NCBI GenBank assembly: GCA_902799385.1
Contig: CADCAK010000016.1
Coordinates: forward strand, 1,201-65,200
Origin: an uncultured bacterium
GTDB lineage: Bacteria > Verrucomicrobiota > Kiritimatiellia > RFP12 > UBA1067
DNA: 64,000 nt
Direction of reading: 5' to 3'
Shown here: positions 17,507 to 27,049 of the stretch, in pieces
Layout of the letters: the number at the start of each line of letters is the position of its first letter
How positions within the stretch are numbered: the stretch's first letter is position 1
The notes under the pieces: generated by a model
Databases searched by the model: none
What the model was told of the DNA's origin: nothing
The model's input: only the letters and a program-made list of their open reading frames with translations
Translations under genes and position numbers: made by a program

Positions 17507-17512
17507 GGCGAG

Positions 17513-17521
17513 ATTATACCA
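17513..17521 (-). promoter_or_regulatory. extended -10 promoter box TGGTATAAT (minus strand), leaderless spacing
   Basis: The reverse complement of ATTATACCA is the motif. Only 6 nt (17507-17512) separate it from the ATG at 17506. Confidence 0.6.
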
Positions 17522-17563
17522 TATTTCTGGTTTGTTTACATTATCCGCACAATGCGTGTTATG

Positions 17564-18838
17564 TTAACTATGCCCAAGCGACGACATTCGCTTGCCGATT
17601 GTCGCCTCGTACCCTTCGTCGCTTGGCCTGTAGTATTTCTTGGGAATGCAAAGGTACGCCTGCTTCACGTAGTGATTCGCAAAGTTGTGCGGATACTTGT
17701 ATTCCGTCACCTCTGCGCTTCCTATGGCCTTGACATGCTTGTTCTTGAGATGCTCCGGGACAGGTTGCACCGCACCGGACTCAACGTCAGCCATGGCCTC
17801 GGAGATCGCCATGCAGCTCGCGTTCGACTTGGGCGCTGTCGCAAGGTATGTCGTGGCTTGCGAAAGGTTGATTGCACATTCCGGCATCCCGACGAACTCG
17901 CACGCCTGCATCGCCGCGACAGCGACGGACAGTCCGCGAGGATCGGCGTTGCCGATGTCCTCGCTCGCGGAGATGACGAGCCGCCGCGCAATAAAACGTG
18001 GGTCTTCGCCCGCCGTCAGCATCTTGCCGAGCCAATAGACGGCGGCATCGGGATCGCTCCCTCGGATGGACTTGATGAATGCCGAAATCGTGTCGTAGTG
18101 GCCGTCTTCCTTCTTGTCGTAGCGGACCTGGCGCCTCTGGACGCATTCCTGGATGACGTCTATCGTCAGGTGGACGACGCCGTCCTCGCCCTTCGGCGTC
18201 GAGCGCATCGCGATTTCGAGCGCCGTGAGCGCATGCCGCGCGTCGCCGTCGCATATCTCGGCAAGGAAGTCTCGCGCATCGCCGTCCAAGACGGACGGTG
18301 TCGCGCCATACCCCTTCTCCGGGTCGGCAAGCGCCCTTTCCAGGAGCTTCGCTATGTCGCTGGGCGCAAGTGCGCGAAGCTCGAAAACGAGCGAACGCGA
18401 AGTGAGCGGCGTGTTGATGAAGAAGTTTGGGTTGTGCGTAGTGGCACCGATCAGCACGACAGTGCCGTCCTCGACATACGGCAGGAGGACGTCCTGCTGC
18501 GACTTGTTGAAGCGGTGGATCTCGTCGATGAAGAGTATCGTCCCCCTTCCGCCGAGCTCGTCGCGCGCCCTTTCGCATATCTTGCGGATGTCGGCGACGC
18601 CGGAGAGGACGCCGGAGAGCCGCACGAAATTGCGCTTCGTCGTCTTGGCTACGACTTCGGCAAGCGTCGTCTTGCCGCATCCGGGCGGCCCGTAGAGGAT
18701 AATGTTCGTGAGACGGTCTGCCTCAATCACGCGGCGAAGGAGCTTGCCGTCGCCAAGTACGTGATCCTGCCCGACGACTTCTTCAAGCGTCGTTGGCCGC
18801 ATGCGCGCGGCAAGAGGCTCGGTCTCGCGCCCTTCCAT
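17564..18838 (-). CDS. rarA: replication-associated recombination protein A (AAA+ ATPase)
   Basis: 'EPLAARMRPTTLEEVVGQDHVLG' and Walker A 'LYGPPGCGKTTLAEVVA'. MgsA C-terminal motifs 'AVYWLGKMLTAGEDPRFIARRL' and 'IGNADP'. The start is chosen at the ATG 5 nt after the upstream stop. Confidence 0.85.
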   Translation of the reverse strand: MEGRETEPLAARMRPTTLEEVVGQDHVLGDGKLLRRVIEADRLTNIILYGPPGCGKTTLAEVVAKTTKRNFVRLSGVLSGVADIRKICERARDELGGRGTILFIDEIHRFNKSQQDVLLPYVEDGTVVLIGATTHNPNFFINTPLTSRSLVFELRALAPSDIAKLLERALADPEKGYGATPSVLDGDARDFLAEICDGDARHALTALEIAMRSTPKGEDGVVHLTIDVIQECVQRRQVRYDKKEDGHYDTISAFIKSIRGSDPDAAVYWLGKMLTAGEDPRFIARRLVISASEDIGNADPRGLSVAVAAMQACEFVGMPECAINLSQATTYLATAPKSNASCMAISEAMADVESGAVQPVPEHLKNKHVKAIGSAEVTEYKYPHNFANHYVKQAYLCIPKKYYRPSDEGYEATIGKRMSSLGHS

Positions 18839-18842
18839 CGCC

Positions 18843-19817
18843 TTATTCGCCGAATACGTACCAGTTCGCCACGGACTTCGGCAGCAGCTTGCGGACGGCG
18901 TAGACCTCGGCAAGCTTCATCGCCCTTGGCGCATAGATGAGGCAAGTGTCGGTCCTGTCGTCCTTTGCGACCGACTCGAAGGACGGGTTGGACTCAACGA
19001 GCTTCGGGTCCGTGGCGTCCGGGTCGCTCCAGTCCTCCTTTATGACGGTGAGCGACGGCTTGCCGCCGGCAAAGCGCACTTCAAACGGCTGCGTCAGCCG
19101 CTCCTTGCGGTCGCGCCAGCTTTCGAGCGGAAGGAACGCTCGGTAGAAGAACTGCCCTTCCTTGAAGCCGTTGACCTTCGTTTCCGGAGAGTCGAGCTGC
19201 ACGAGCGCGCCGGCGAGCTTTATCGCGTCGCCGACCGTCATCTCCGGCGGGAAGTCCGGCGTCATTTCGTGCCTGCCGCCGTTCGTCTCGCCAGTCCACG
19301 TGAACTTGAAGGTGCGCTTCTCGCCTTTCGGCAGCTTTACCGCCGGCTGGAAGCGGCCGTATGTCGCGCCCTGGTCGAGAGCGTCGTCGAACTGCATGAG
19401 CGACTGTGGCAGGTTGTAGAGCGCGAATACTGCAAGCGGCATGTTCGTCGCGGCGACGGGAGCGCCGTCCGGCTCTCTTGCGCCGCCAGTCCACACGATC
19501 GGCTGCTTGCGCTCGTCGCGCATGTCGCGGACAAGCGACCACAGGTCGGGCTCCATCTTTACCTTCGTGCCGACAGGCCAGAAACGGCAGCCCTTCGCCG
19601 ACGTCGGCTTGCCGCGAGGCATCCCGGCCTTCTCGAAGGCTGCGGCGATGTCACCGACGCCGTCTTCCGTGAGGAACATCGACTCGTAGTCGTGGTCCGA
19701 GTCGGGGCCCGCGAACAGGAACTCGATCTGCGCGTCGAGGCCGCAGTCGGTTGACACTGCCGTGAACGAGACGCAGTTGGACGAAACGACTATCGACGCT
19801 ATCAGCGCGACGATCAT
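18843..19817 (-). CDS. hypothetical exported protein
   Basis: ATGA overlap with the upstream aminotransferase. Hydrophobic N-terminus 'MIVALIASIVVSSNCVSF'. No domain recognised. Confidence 0.45.
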   Translation of the reverse strand: MIVALIASIVVSSNCVSFTAVSTDCGLDAQIEFLFAGPDSDHDYESMFLTEDGVGDIAAAFEKAGMPRGKPTSAKGCRFWPVGTKVKMEPDLWSLVRDMRDERKQPIVWTGGAREPDGAPVAATNMPLAVFALYNLPQSLMQFDDALDQGATYGRFQPAVKLPKGEKRTFKFTWTGETNGGRHEMTPDFPPEMTVGDAIKLAGALVQLDSPETKVNGFKEGQFFYRAFLPLESWRDRKERLTQPFEVRFAGGKPSLTVIKEDWSDPDATDPKLVESNPSFESVAKDDRTDTCLIYAPRAMKLAEVYAVRKLLPKSVANWYVFGE

Positions 19818-21019
19818 CTTGCGAATTTCCCCATTGCGCGCCGGAAGCCCTCGGCCGAGCGCGCGATTATCCTCTCGTCGACGCTGCAGCTCAGTCGGAC
19901 GTAGCCGGCGAAGCCGAAGCCCTTCCCGGGGACTACGAGAATGCGTTCTGCAAGGAGCGCGTCGACGAATTCACCGTCGTCCGGCACGGGGCTCTTGGCG
20001 AAGAAGTAGAAGGCGCCCTTCGGCATCTCGAACTCGACTCCGGCGTCGGAGAGCACCTTCGCCATGAGCTTGCGGCGCCTATCGTAGACCTCCAGGTCCA
20101 CCGTCTCGGAAAGAAGCGCTGCGGCAAGGCGCTGGCCGATTACAGGCGAGTTGACCGAGCCGAGCGTGCGCGTCGTCAGCGTGACGGCCGCGACAAGCGT
20201 GTCCTGGCCCGGCATCGCGGGATTGGCGAGGAAGTACCCGACGCGCTCACCTGCGAGAGACAGGGTCTTGGAGAAGCTACCTACGACGCAGCACCACTTG
20301 GAGAGCGGTAGCATCGCAGGAACCGATACGCCGTCGAAGGCAAAGGCGCGGTACGGCTCGTCGGAAAGCAGAAAGAGCGGACGGAGCCCCTTCTCTTCGC
20401 GTTCTACGTTGACGCGGTCGACGAGCTCGGCGATTTTTTCGAGATCCTCGAGCGAATAGACACACCCGGTCGGGTTGTTCGGCGAGTTGAGGAGGATTGC
20501 CCTGGTCTTCGGCGTAACTGCGGCCGCAATCCCCTCGACGTCGGGGCGGAAGGACGGCGGAATCGACGGCACGGGCCTCAGGACGCCGCCGAAATGCCCG
20601 CAGTACGCGCCGTACTCGACGAAGTACGGAGCCGGGACGACGACCTCGTCGCCAGGTTCGATCACCGAGCGGAAGAAGCTTACCATCGCCCCTGCTGCGC
20701 CGACGGACATCACGACGTCCCTGGCAGCTATGGGCGTCCGCTGCTGTTTCGAAAGGAACGCCGCCATCGCCTCCCGCACTTCCGGTATGCCGGCGTTGGG
20801 GCAGTAGCCGAGCCCGAGCGGCTTAACCGCGCGTTCGGCTATCTCCATCAGTGCGTCTTTCGCCCTGGCGGGCGGCGGCACGTCGGGGTTGCCGAGTGAA
20901 AAGTCGCACACGGCGTCTTCGCCGTACTGCCGCTTGAGCTCGAGGCCCCGTTCAAACATCTTGCGGATGAAGCTCGACGAGCCCATCGCACCCTGTATCT
21001 GGTCTGTTACGAGTTGCAT
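19814..21019 (-). CDS. pyridoxal-phosphate-dependent aminotransferase (class I/II)
   Basis: Start at ATG 21019 ('MQLVTDQIQGAMGSSSFIRKMFE'). 'DFSLGNPDVPPP', 'ILLNSPNNPTGCVY' and 'SFSKTLSLAGERVGY' (PLP-lysine motif). Confidence 0.8.
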   Translation of the reverse strand: MQLVTDQIQGAMGSSSFIRKMFERGLELKRQYGEDAVCDFSLGNPDVPPPARAKDALMEIAERAVKPLGLGYCPNAGIPEVREAMAAFLSKQQRTPIAARDVVMSVGAAGAMVSFFRSVIEPGDEVVVPAPYFVEYGAYCGHFGGVLRPVPSIPPSFRPDVEGIAAAVTPKTRAILLNSPNNPTGCVYSLEDLEKIAELVDRVNVEREEKGLRPLFLLSDEPYRAFAFDGVSVPAMLPLSKWCCVVGSFSKTLSLAGERVGYFLANPAMPGQDTLVAAVTLTTRTLGSVNSPVIGQRLAAALLSETVDLEVYDRRRKLMAKVLSDAGVEFEMPKGAFYFFAKSPVPDDGEFVDALLAERILVVPGKGFGFAGYVRLSCSVDERIIARSAEGFRRAMGKFAR

Positions 21020-21045
21020 GGTTCTTTCCGTCGCGGACTTGCGAC

Positions 21046-22008
21046 TCACTTTGCCTTGGGCGACTCGTCGCCGAGATTGCGCCTGCCCTTGGACTTGAGA
21101 TAGCGTATCAGCTCCACCGGACGGTCGGTCTGTATCATGGTCGCGCCATGCGCGAGGCACCAGCCCCAGCTGCCCTCAGCGTCGCCCTTGAACCCGCGTT
21201 CGTCGGTGTGCCCCGCGCAAAGCGAGTCCCACAGCGTATTTATCCAGATGCGAGGCCCGCCCTTCTGCTGCACGGCCTCAAGCTGCGAAAGCAAGGCAAG
21301 CGACTTCTCGTCGGGGAAGCACATCTCGTAGGCGAATGGAACGCGCTTTTCGGCTTGCCACGCCGCGAATCCCGGTGCGGCCTCCTTCTTGTCCAGATAG
21401 AGAATGGGCATGTAGAGGAACGTCCCGTCCGCTATGCCGGTCCATTCGCCGCCCATCTTCTTCCTGAGGCTGTTCGGCATGAACTTGCCCTTGAGAATGA
21501 CCTCGCGCTCTACGCCGCAGCGCCGTGCGCATTCAGCGACTCCCTTGGGATCGCGGGGGAACTTGTCGATGTTCACGAGTATCTTCCCCTTCGTAAGCGC
21601 AAACGCCTCCTCAAGGGTCAGTATCTCGTAGTCGGTGAGCTTGTTGTCTTCGCCCTTCAGCCTAAACTTCTTGATTTCCGCGAGAGTGTAGTTTGTCGAC
21701 GGCCCCTTGCCGTTGGACACGCGGTCGAGCGAGCCGTCGTGAAGCAAGACGTGGTGGCCGTCCTTCGTCTTGGCGACATCGAGCTCGACGATGTCGGCGC
21801 CGATTTCGATCGACCCCTTTATCGCGCCGATGGAGTTTTCCGGCGCATGTCGCCAGTCGCCGCGATGCATTGTGACGAATACATAGTTCCTGTCGTCGCT
21901 CTCGAGCTTCGCGCGGAGCATCTCCGTACGAGGCCGCCCTGCAAGCGCAAACGCCGGAAGCGCCGCCGCGAGGATTGACGTTACGAGTATCTTGGACATT
22001 GTTTTCAT
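21046..22008 (-). CDS. secreted glycerophosphodiester phosphodiesterase family protein
   Basis: Signal peptide 'MKTMSKILVTSILAAALPAFALA'. GDPD motifs 'HRGDWRHAPENSIGAIKGSIEIGADIVELDVAKTKDGHHVLLHD'. Confidence 0.75.
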   Translation of the reverse strand: MKTMSKILVTSILAAALPAFALAGRPRTEMLRAKLESDDRNYVFVTMHRGDWRHAPENSIGAIKGSIEIGADIVELDVAKTKDGHHVLLHDGSLDRVSNGKGPSTNYTLAEIKKFRLKGEDNKLTDYEILTLEEAFALTKGKILVNIDKFPRDPKGVAECARRCGVEREVILKGKFMPNSLRKKMGGEWTGIADGTFLYMPILYLDKKEAAPGFAAWQAEKRVPFAYEMCFPDEKSLALLSQLEAVQQKGGPRIWINTLWDSLCAGHTDERGFKGDAEGSWGWCLAHGATMIQTDRPVELIRYLKSKGRRNLGDESPKAK

Positions 22009-22122
22009 GGTATCCTTTCTGGCCATTGTCACTAGGCCTTGGCAATGTGTTGGTAGAATCTTATCATACAAACATCTTCGCGTCAACGGCCCGAAGACCG
22101 AAATCGGCGTGCTCCGGGCGCG

Positions 22123-24256
22123 TCAAAGCCCTGCAAACGGGTTGCAGGTGAAGCCGCCTGAGCCAGACGAAGGCCCGAACGACGTGCGCGGCTCGCGCTT
22201 CGCGCGCGGTGCGCCAGGCGTCGCCGCGCCACCGATCGCAGGCATCGATTTAGCGGAAAGCGCGATGCGCCCTCTCGCGCGGTCCACGCCGATCACCGTG
22301 ACCTGGAGCCTGTCGCCCGCCTTGACGACTGACGCGGGGTCGGAGACGAAACTGTCCGAGAGCTCCGAAAGGTGGACGAGCCCGTCCTGATGTACGCCGA
22401 TGTCCACGAACGCGCCAAACGCCGTCACGTTCGTCACGACTCCTTCGAGCTTCATCCCTTCCTTCACGTCCTCGATCTTTGTCACATCCTCGCGGAACTT
22501 CGGCGGCTCGAACACAGCGCGGGGGTCGCGCCCCGGCTTCACGAGCTCCGACACTATGTCCTTCAAGGTCGGCTCGCCCACGTCGTTCGTGATGTAGCGA
22601 CGCACGTCGATCTTCTTCGCCGCAGAGGAATTGCCCACGAGCTCGCTTACCGAAAGCCCTGCGTCCTCGGCCATCCTGCCGACTAGCGCGTAGCGCTCGG
22701 GGTGCACAGCCGACGAGTCGAGCGGATTCGCCGCGCCGCGTATCCGCAAGAAGCCGGCGCATTGCTCGAACGCCTTGTCGCCAAGCCCCTTCACCTTCTT
22801 GAGGTCGTTGCGAGACGAGAACTTGCCGTTTTCGTTGCGCCATTCGACGATGCTCTTTGCGAGCGCCGGCGTGATCCCTGAAACGCGCTCAAGGAGCGGC
22901 GCGGACGCCGTGTTTAGCTCAACACCGACGCCGTTCACGCACGAGACTACGACTTCGTCGAGCTTTGCGCCGAGAAGCGGCTGCGAGACGTCGTGCTGGT
23001 ACTGGCCTACGCCAATCGCCTTTGGATCGACCTTCACGAGTTCCGCGAGAGGGTCCTGCAGGCGGCGGCCGATAGAGATCGCGCCGCGCACGGTGAGGTC
23101 GAGATCGGGGAATTCCTTTCTCGCGATTTCGCTCGCGGAGTAGACTGACGCACCCGCCTCGCTCACGGAGACGACGATAGGCGTAGGAATCTCGGGATGC
23201 TGCGCGTGAAGTTTCTTCAGCGTGTCGCGCACGAACGACTCAGTCTCGCGCCCGGCCGTTCCGTTGCCTACGGCGACCGCCTCAACATGGTATTTCCGTC
23301 GAGTCGAGCATCGCGACCTTGCAGCCGGTGCGGATGCCGGGGTCGATCGCGAGGACCGCCTTTTCGCCGAGCGGCGAGGCGAGGAGAAGATGACGCAGGT
23401 TCTCCGCGAACACCTCGACGGCAGCGCGGTCGGCTTCTGCCTTCTTGTCTACCGTCACGTCTATTTCGCACGACGGTGCGAGAAGCCGCCTGTAGGCGTC
23501 GCGAGCGGATAGCTCAAGCTGTTCGTCGCACGTCTCGTTTCGCCGCGCGCCGCGAACCGCCGACACCATTTCCACGATGCGCTCGACGACGGGATCTTCG
23601 TCGAGAACGAGCTTGACCCACAGGACGCCTTCCTTCTGGCCGCGGCGAATCGCGAGATAGCGGTGCGAGGGAATCGTCGCGATCGTGGGCTCTATCGGCG
23701 CTGGGCTCGCGACTTCGCTCTTCACCTTCGAGCGGCGGGCGAATTCGCCGCGCACGAAACCGCGCACGTCGGCATTGTCGGCGATTCGTTCCGCAATTAT
23801 GTCGCGCGCGAACTGAAGATCCTCGTCCGTCGGTTCGCCGTCGTTCCACTCTAGCGAGCGCCCTTCCCAGATTGCGTCCGCGAGCGGTTCATACCCCTTC
23901 TCCTTCGCAACCTGTGCACGAGTGCGGCGCTTCGGCTTGTAGGGCTGGTATATGTCCTCAAGGCGAGACTTCACAAAGCACCCGGCGATTGCGGCGCGGA
24001 GCTCGTCGGTTAGCTTGCCCTGCTCATCGATTGACTTGAGGACTGTCTCCTTGCGGGCTTCGAGCTCGGTATAGTATTCGAGTCGGTCCTTGATCTTTCC
24101 TATCGCGACTTCGTCGAGGTTTCCATGGGCTTCCTTGCGATAGCGCGCTATAAACGGAATCGTGTTTCCTTCGGCAAGAAGCTTTTCGACTGCGGAGATC
24201 TGGCGGGCGTTTGCCCCGACCTCCGTTACCATTCGGTTTAGTATTTCAGTATTCAT
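22123..24256 (-). pseudogene. tex: Tex-family transcription accessory protein (S1/YqgF/HhH) interrupted by a frameshift and probable ~27-aa internal deletion
   Basis: The N-terminal ORF 23282-24256 ends '...[22 protein letters not shown]'. The frame that is +1 relative to it reads '[30 protein letters not shown]...[13 protein letters not shown]...GVGQYQHDV' through the S1 domain to 22123. Confidence 0.6.
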
Positions 24257-24306
24257 TAAAACCCTTGTTAAAAATTATCACGCGGAGACGCAGAGACGCG
24301 GAGGTG

Positions 24307-24984
24307 TTAGGCACGGCGGACGATTCCTTCGCGCGGTTCGGCCTCGGGAGGGATTGTGAGCGGGGTGAGCGGCGCGTCGTCGCCGGGAAGAGACTTCCAG
24401 GCGGCAGAATAGATCGGGAGCCCCTGCTCACGGAACATCGTCTCGAACTCGGTCCACACTTCCTTCGGACGCGGCATCGGCTCTACGCGCTCGTAGCGAG
24501 CGTCAGTGGCAAAGCCCTCGCAAACCTCGTCGAAATATTCCTTATGGTCCGTCGCGAACTCAAGCTTGCCGCCGATCTCAAGGCGCTTCCAGAGCGCGGT
24601 TCGGAAGAGCGGCCCGAAAAGCCGGTGCGAATGGTGCTTCTTTTTCGGCCACGGATCGGGGAAGAACACGTAGACCGTGCGCGCATGGTGCGCGGGCAGG
24701 AGATAGTGGAATGTGTAAAGCGCCTCGAGCCGCAACACCTTGGCGTTTGCGAGATTCGCCCTGCGGCACTTGCCGTCGAAAAGCCGAACGCGCTCGAGCA
24801 TGCGCTCGATGCCGAGGAAGTCGCAGTCGGGGTTCTCAGCGGCGCGGCGCGTAAGGAACTGGCCCTTGCCGCAGCCGACTTCGATTTCAAGCGGACGCGA
24901 GATGTCGATTTCAAGCGGCTTGCAAGGATCCGTTACGCGGATTATATGCGCCCCTGGCGCTTCGCCAATCAATTCGCGGTGCAT
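24307..24984 (-). CDS. trmB: tRNA (guanine46-N7)-methyltransferase
   Basis: 'LEIEVGCGKGQFLTRRAAENPDCDFLGIE' and 'FFPDPWPKKKHHSHRL'. Confidence 0.85.
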   Translation of the reverse strand: MHRELIGEAPGAHIIRVTDPCKPLEIDISRPLEIEVGCGKGQFLTRRAAENPDCDFLGIERMLERVRLFDGKCRRANLANAKVLRLEALYTFHYLLPAHHARTVYVFFPDPWPKKKHHSHRLFGPLFRTALWKRLEIGGKLEFATDHKEYFDEVCEGFATDARYERVEPMPRPKEVWTEFETMFREQGLPIYSAAWKSLPGDDAPLTPLTIPPEAEPREGIVRRA

Positions 24985-25451
24985 AGCTTGGCGAAGAAGA
25001 GAATGTAGATGACCCAGTTGATAGCAAGCGAATAGAGGTTCGCAACGAAATCATCGACGACGATTCCGCGGCCGCCGGGAATCGACTGGAGAGAGCGGCA
25101 CGGCCACGGCTTAATGATGTCGACTGCGCGGACGATGCAGAAGAACACGACCATCGTCCACCACGGGAGCTCGAGAATCGGGATTCCGACGAATGCGATC
25201 GGATAGAGCATCCACTCGTCGGCAACGATGCGTCCGTCGTCCTTTATGCTAAATGCCTTCTCCGCGACGTCGCAGAACGGAATCGCAAGAAGCGTGAAGC
25301 CGAGGCAGACGGGCATCTGGAGCCAAAGCGGAAGCGCCGAGACGGCGTAGGCGAGCGCGACTCCCGGGATCGAGCCGAAGGTCCCGGGAGCGAACGGCAC
25401 GAAGAGCCCTATGCCGAACCCCGACGCCACGAAAATGCAGAATTTCTTCAT
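24969..25451 (-). CDS. pgpA: phosphatidylglycerophosphatase A
   Basis: 'FVASGFGIGLFVPFAPGTFGSIPGVALAY' and 'DDGRIVADEW...IKPWP' are typical PgpA motifs. Confidence 0.8.
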   Translation of the reverse strand: MKKFCIFVASGFGIGLFVPFAPGTFGSIPGVALAYAVSALPLWLQMPVCLGFTLLAIPFCDVAEKAFSIKDDGRIVADEWMLYPIAFVGIPILELPWWTMVVFFCIVRAVDIIKPWPCRSLQSIPGGRGIVVDDFVANLYSLAINWVIYILFFAKLCTAN

Positions 25452-25459
25452 CGGTGTAT

Positions 25460-25468
25460 ATTATACCA
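25460..25468 (-). promoter_or_regulatory. extended -10 promoter box TGGTATAAT (minus strand)
   Basis: Lies between the AbgT stop (25481) and the pgpA ATG (25451), with only 8 nt between the box and the ATG. Confidence 0.55.
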
Positions 25469-25480
25469 AATAGAGGGTCG

Positions 25481-27031
25481 TCAGAACCCGAACGGAATGC
25501 CGAGCTTGAACCACGCGATCATTATGGTCGTGGACACGGCGAGGAATATCCCGGCGTATGGCGCCATCATGAGCGCAAGGTCGCCGATCGTGAACTGAGG
25601 CCTATAGCGACGGCAGAACATCAGTATCACGCCAGCGTAGGTCATCACGGGAGTGACGATGTTGGTGCAGGGGTCGGATGTCCGGTACGCAGCGCACACG
25701 ACTTCAGGAGTGAGCGACTGGTTCACGTGGTAGAGCATCGGAATGAATATCGGGCCTATCATGAGCCACTTCGCGGAAAGGCTCGCGACGAACAGGTTGA
25801 CGAACGACCCCATCGCTATGAACGCGACAAGCAGCAGGACAGGAGAGGACTCAAGGTTCATCGCGAGGATCGCCCTCACGCCGGAGTAGGTGACATACGC
25901 CCCCACGCCCGAATAAGTCAGCATCGCAAGGAAGTTGAAGCAGAAGAACGTCAGGACGAGCATGTACGCGAGATCCTTCACCTGCTTCGTCATCGCGGCC
26001 ACGACATCCTGAGCGGCACGGTACTTTCCGCGCTTGACGCCGTAGAAAAGCCCCGCCATGAAGAACGCAAACGAGACGAACAGGATCACATTCCTCGCAA
26101 AATGCCCCTTGAGCGGGCCAAGGCCGAAGAAGGCTATGACGGCCAGCGCGACTACAAGTCCCGCCCCGGCCCAGACGAGGTCCCTCAGCTCCTCCCGCGA
26201 CACTTCGAAGGACGAGTCGCCAGCGTCCTCGGGGGCGCGCCACGACAACTTCTCAAGCCTGGGGGCGACGAACCTGTTCGTTATCCATCCGCCGAGAAAC
26301 GTAAAGACGAACACGAGCGAACACGTGTAGAAGTAGTCCATGGTCGCCTCGTTAAGCGGCACGCCGAGGCGCGAGAGCCACGGCACGCCCTGCGAAAGCG
26401 CAAAGTCCTTAGTCGGTATGCCGATGAGCAGGTCGGACGTGGTGGCGGGGATGATGTTCGAGCCGAAGCCCGCGCTTACCCCTGCGAACGACGCCGCGAC
26501 GCCGACAAGAGGATTGCGCCCCATCGCGCAGTATAGCGCGGCGGCAAGCGGTATGAGGACGATGTACCCTGCGTCTGCCGCGACATTGGAGAGTATTCCG
26601 GCGAACACGATCACGTAGGGGAGAAGGCGCTCATTCACGTGCCGGCCCGCGAGTTTCAGCAGGACGGAGAAAAGCCCGCTCCCCTCGGCCGTGCCTATGC
26701 CGAGCATCGCGACAATGAGCATGCCGATGAGCCCATGCGCGTATGCGAGCCAGTTTTTGACGAGGGCGTTGTCGAATATCCACTGCAGGTTGGCCGTTTC
26801 GGACATGTCGAGTATCGAGCGCTCGATCTGCGTCGCCGCGCCGGTGGCAGGGTCCACTCCTGGTAGCCGGAACGTCATGCCGCCTGCGAAAACAGTCGCC
26901 AGGAACAACATCGCGTACATCAGGATGAAAAGCACGACTGGATCGGGCACCCTGGCCGCCATCCGCTCAAGCCAGGTCCTGTCGAGGACGTCCGCGTTCG
27001 CCGCCATGTTGCCGCCGTTTCCCTTTGCCAT
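25481..27031 (-). CDS. AbgT-family transporter (p-aminobenzoyl-glutamate transporter family)
   Basis: 'LERMAARVPDPVVLFILMYAMLFLATVF' N-terminal signature. About 12 further TM segments. Confidence 0.75.
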   Translation of the reverse strand: MAKGNGGNMAANADVLDRTWLERMAARVPDPVVLFILMYAMLFLATVFAGGMTFRLPGVDPATGAATQIERSILDMSETANLQWIFDNALVKNWLAYAHGLIGMLIVAMLGIGTAEGSGLFSVLLKLAGRHVNERLLPYVIVFAGILSNVAADAGYIVLIPLAAALYCAMGRNPLVGVAASFAGVSAGFGSNIIPATTSDLLIGIPTKDFALSQGVPWLSRLGVPLNEATMDYFYTCSLVFVFTFLGGWITNRFVAPRLEKLSWRAPEDAGDSSFEVSREELRDLVWAGAGLVVALAVIAFFGLGPLKGHFARNVILFVSFAFFMAGLFYGVKRGKYRAAQDVVAAMTKQVKDLAYMLVLTFFCFNFLAMLTYSGVGAYVTYSGVRAILAMNLESSPVLLLVAFIAMGSFVNLFVASLSAKWLMIGPIFIPMLYHVNQSLTPEVVCAAYRTSDPCTNIVTPVMTYAGVILMFCRRYRPQFTIGDLALMMAPYAGIFLAVSTTIMIAWFKLGIPFGF

Positions 27032-27049
27032 CTCTTTATCCTCCTGACT

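Noticed and set aside
17552-18940. 462-aa plus-strand ORF, antisense to rarA
   Set aside because: rarA on the minus strand has Walker A/B and MgsA C-terminal motifs. The antisense product is Arg-rich with no motifs.
24274-24279. GATAAT hexamer (minus strand) upstream of tex as its promoter
   Set aside because: It lacks the TG extension shared by the other boxes, and the alternative alignment (TGATAATTT) is weak. It is too uncertain to list as a feature.
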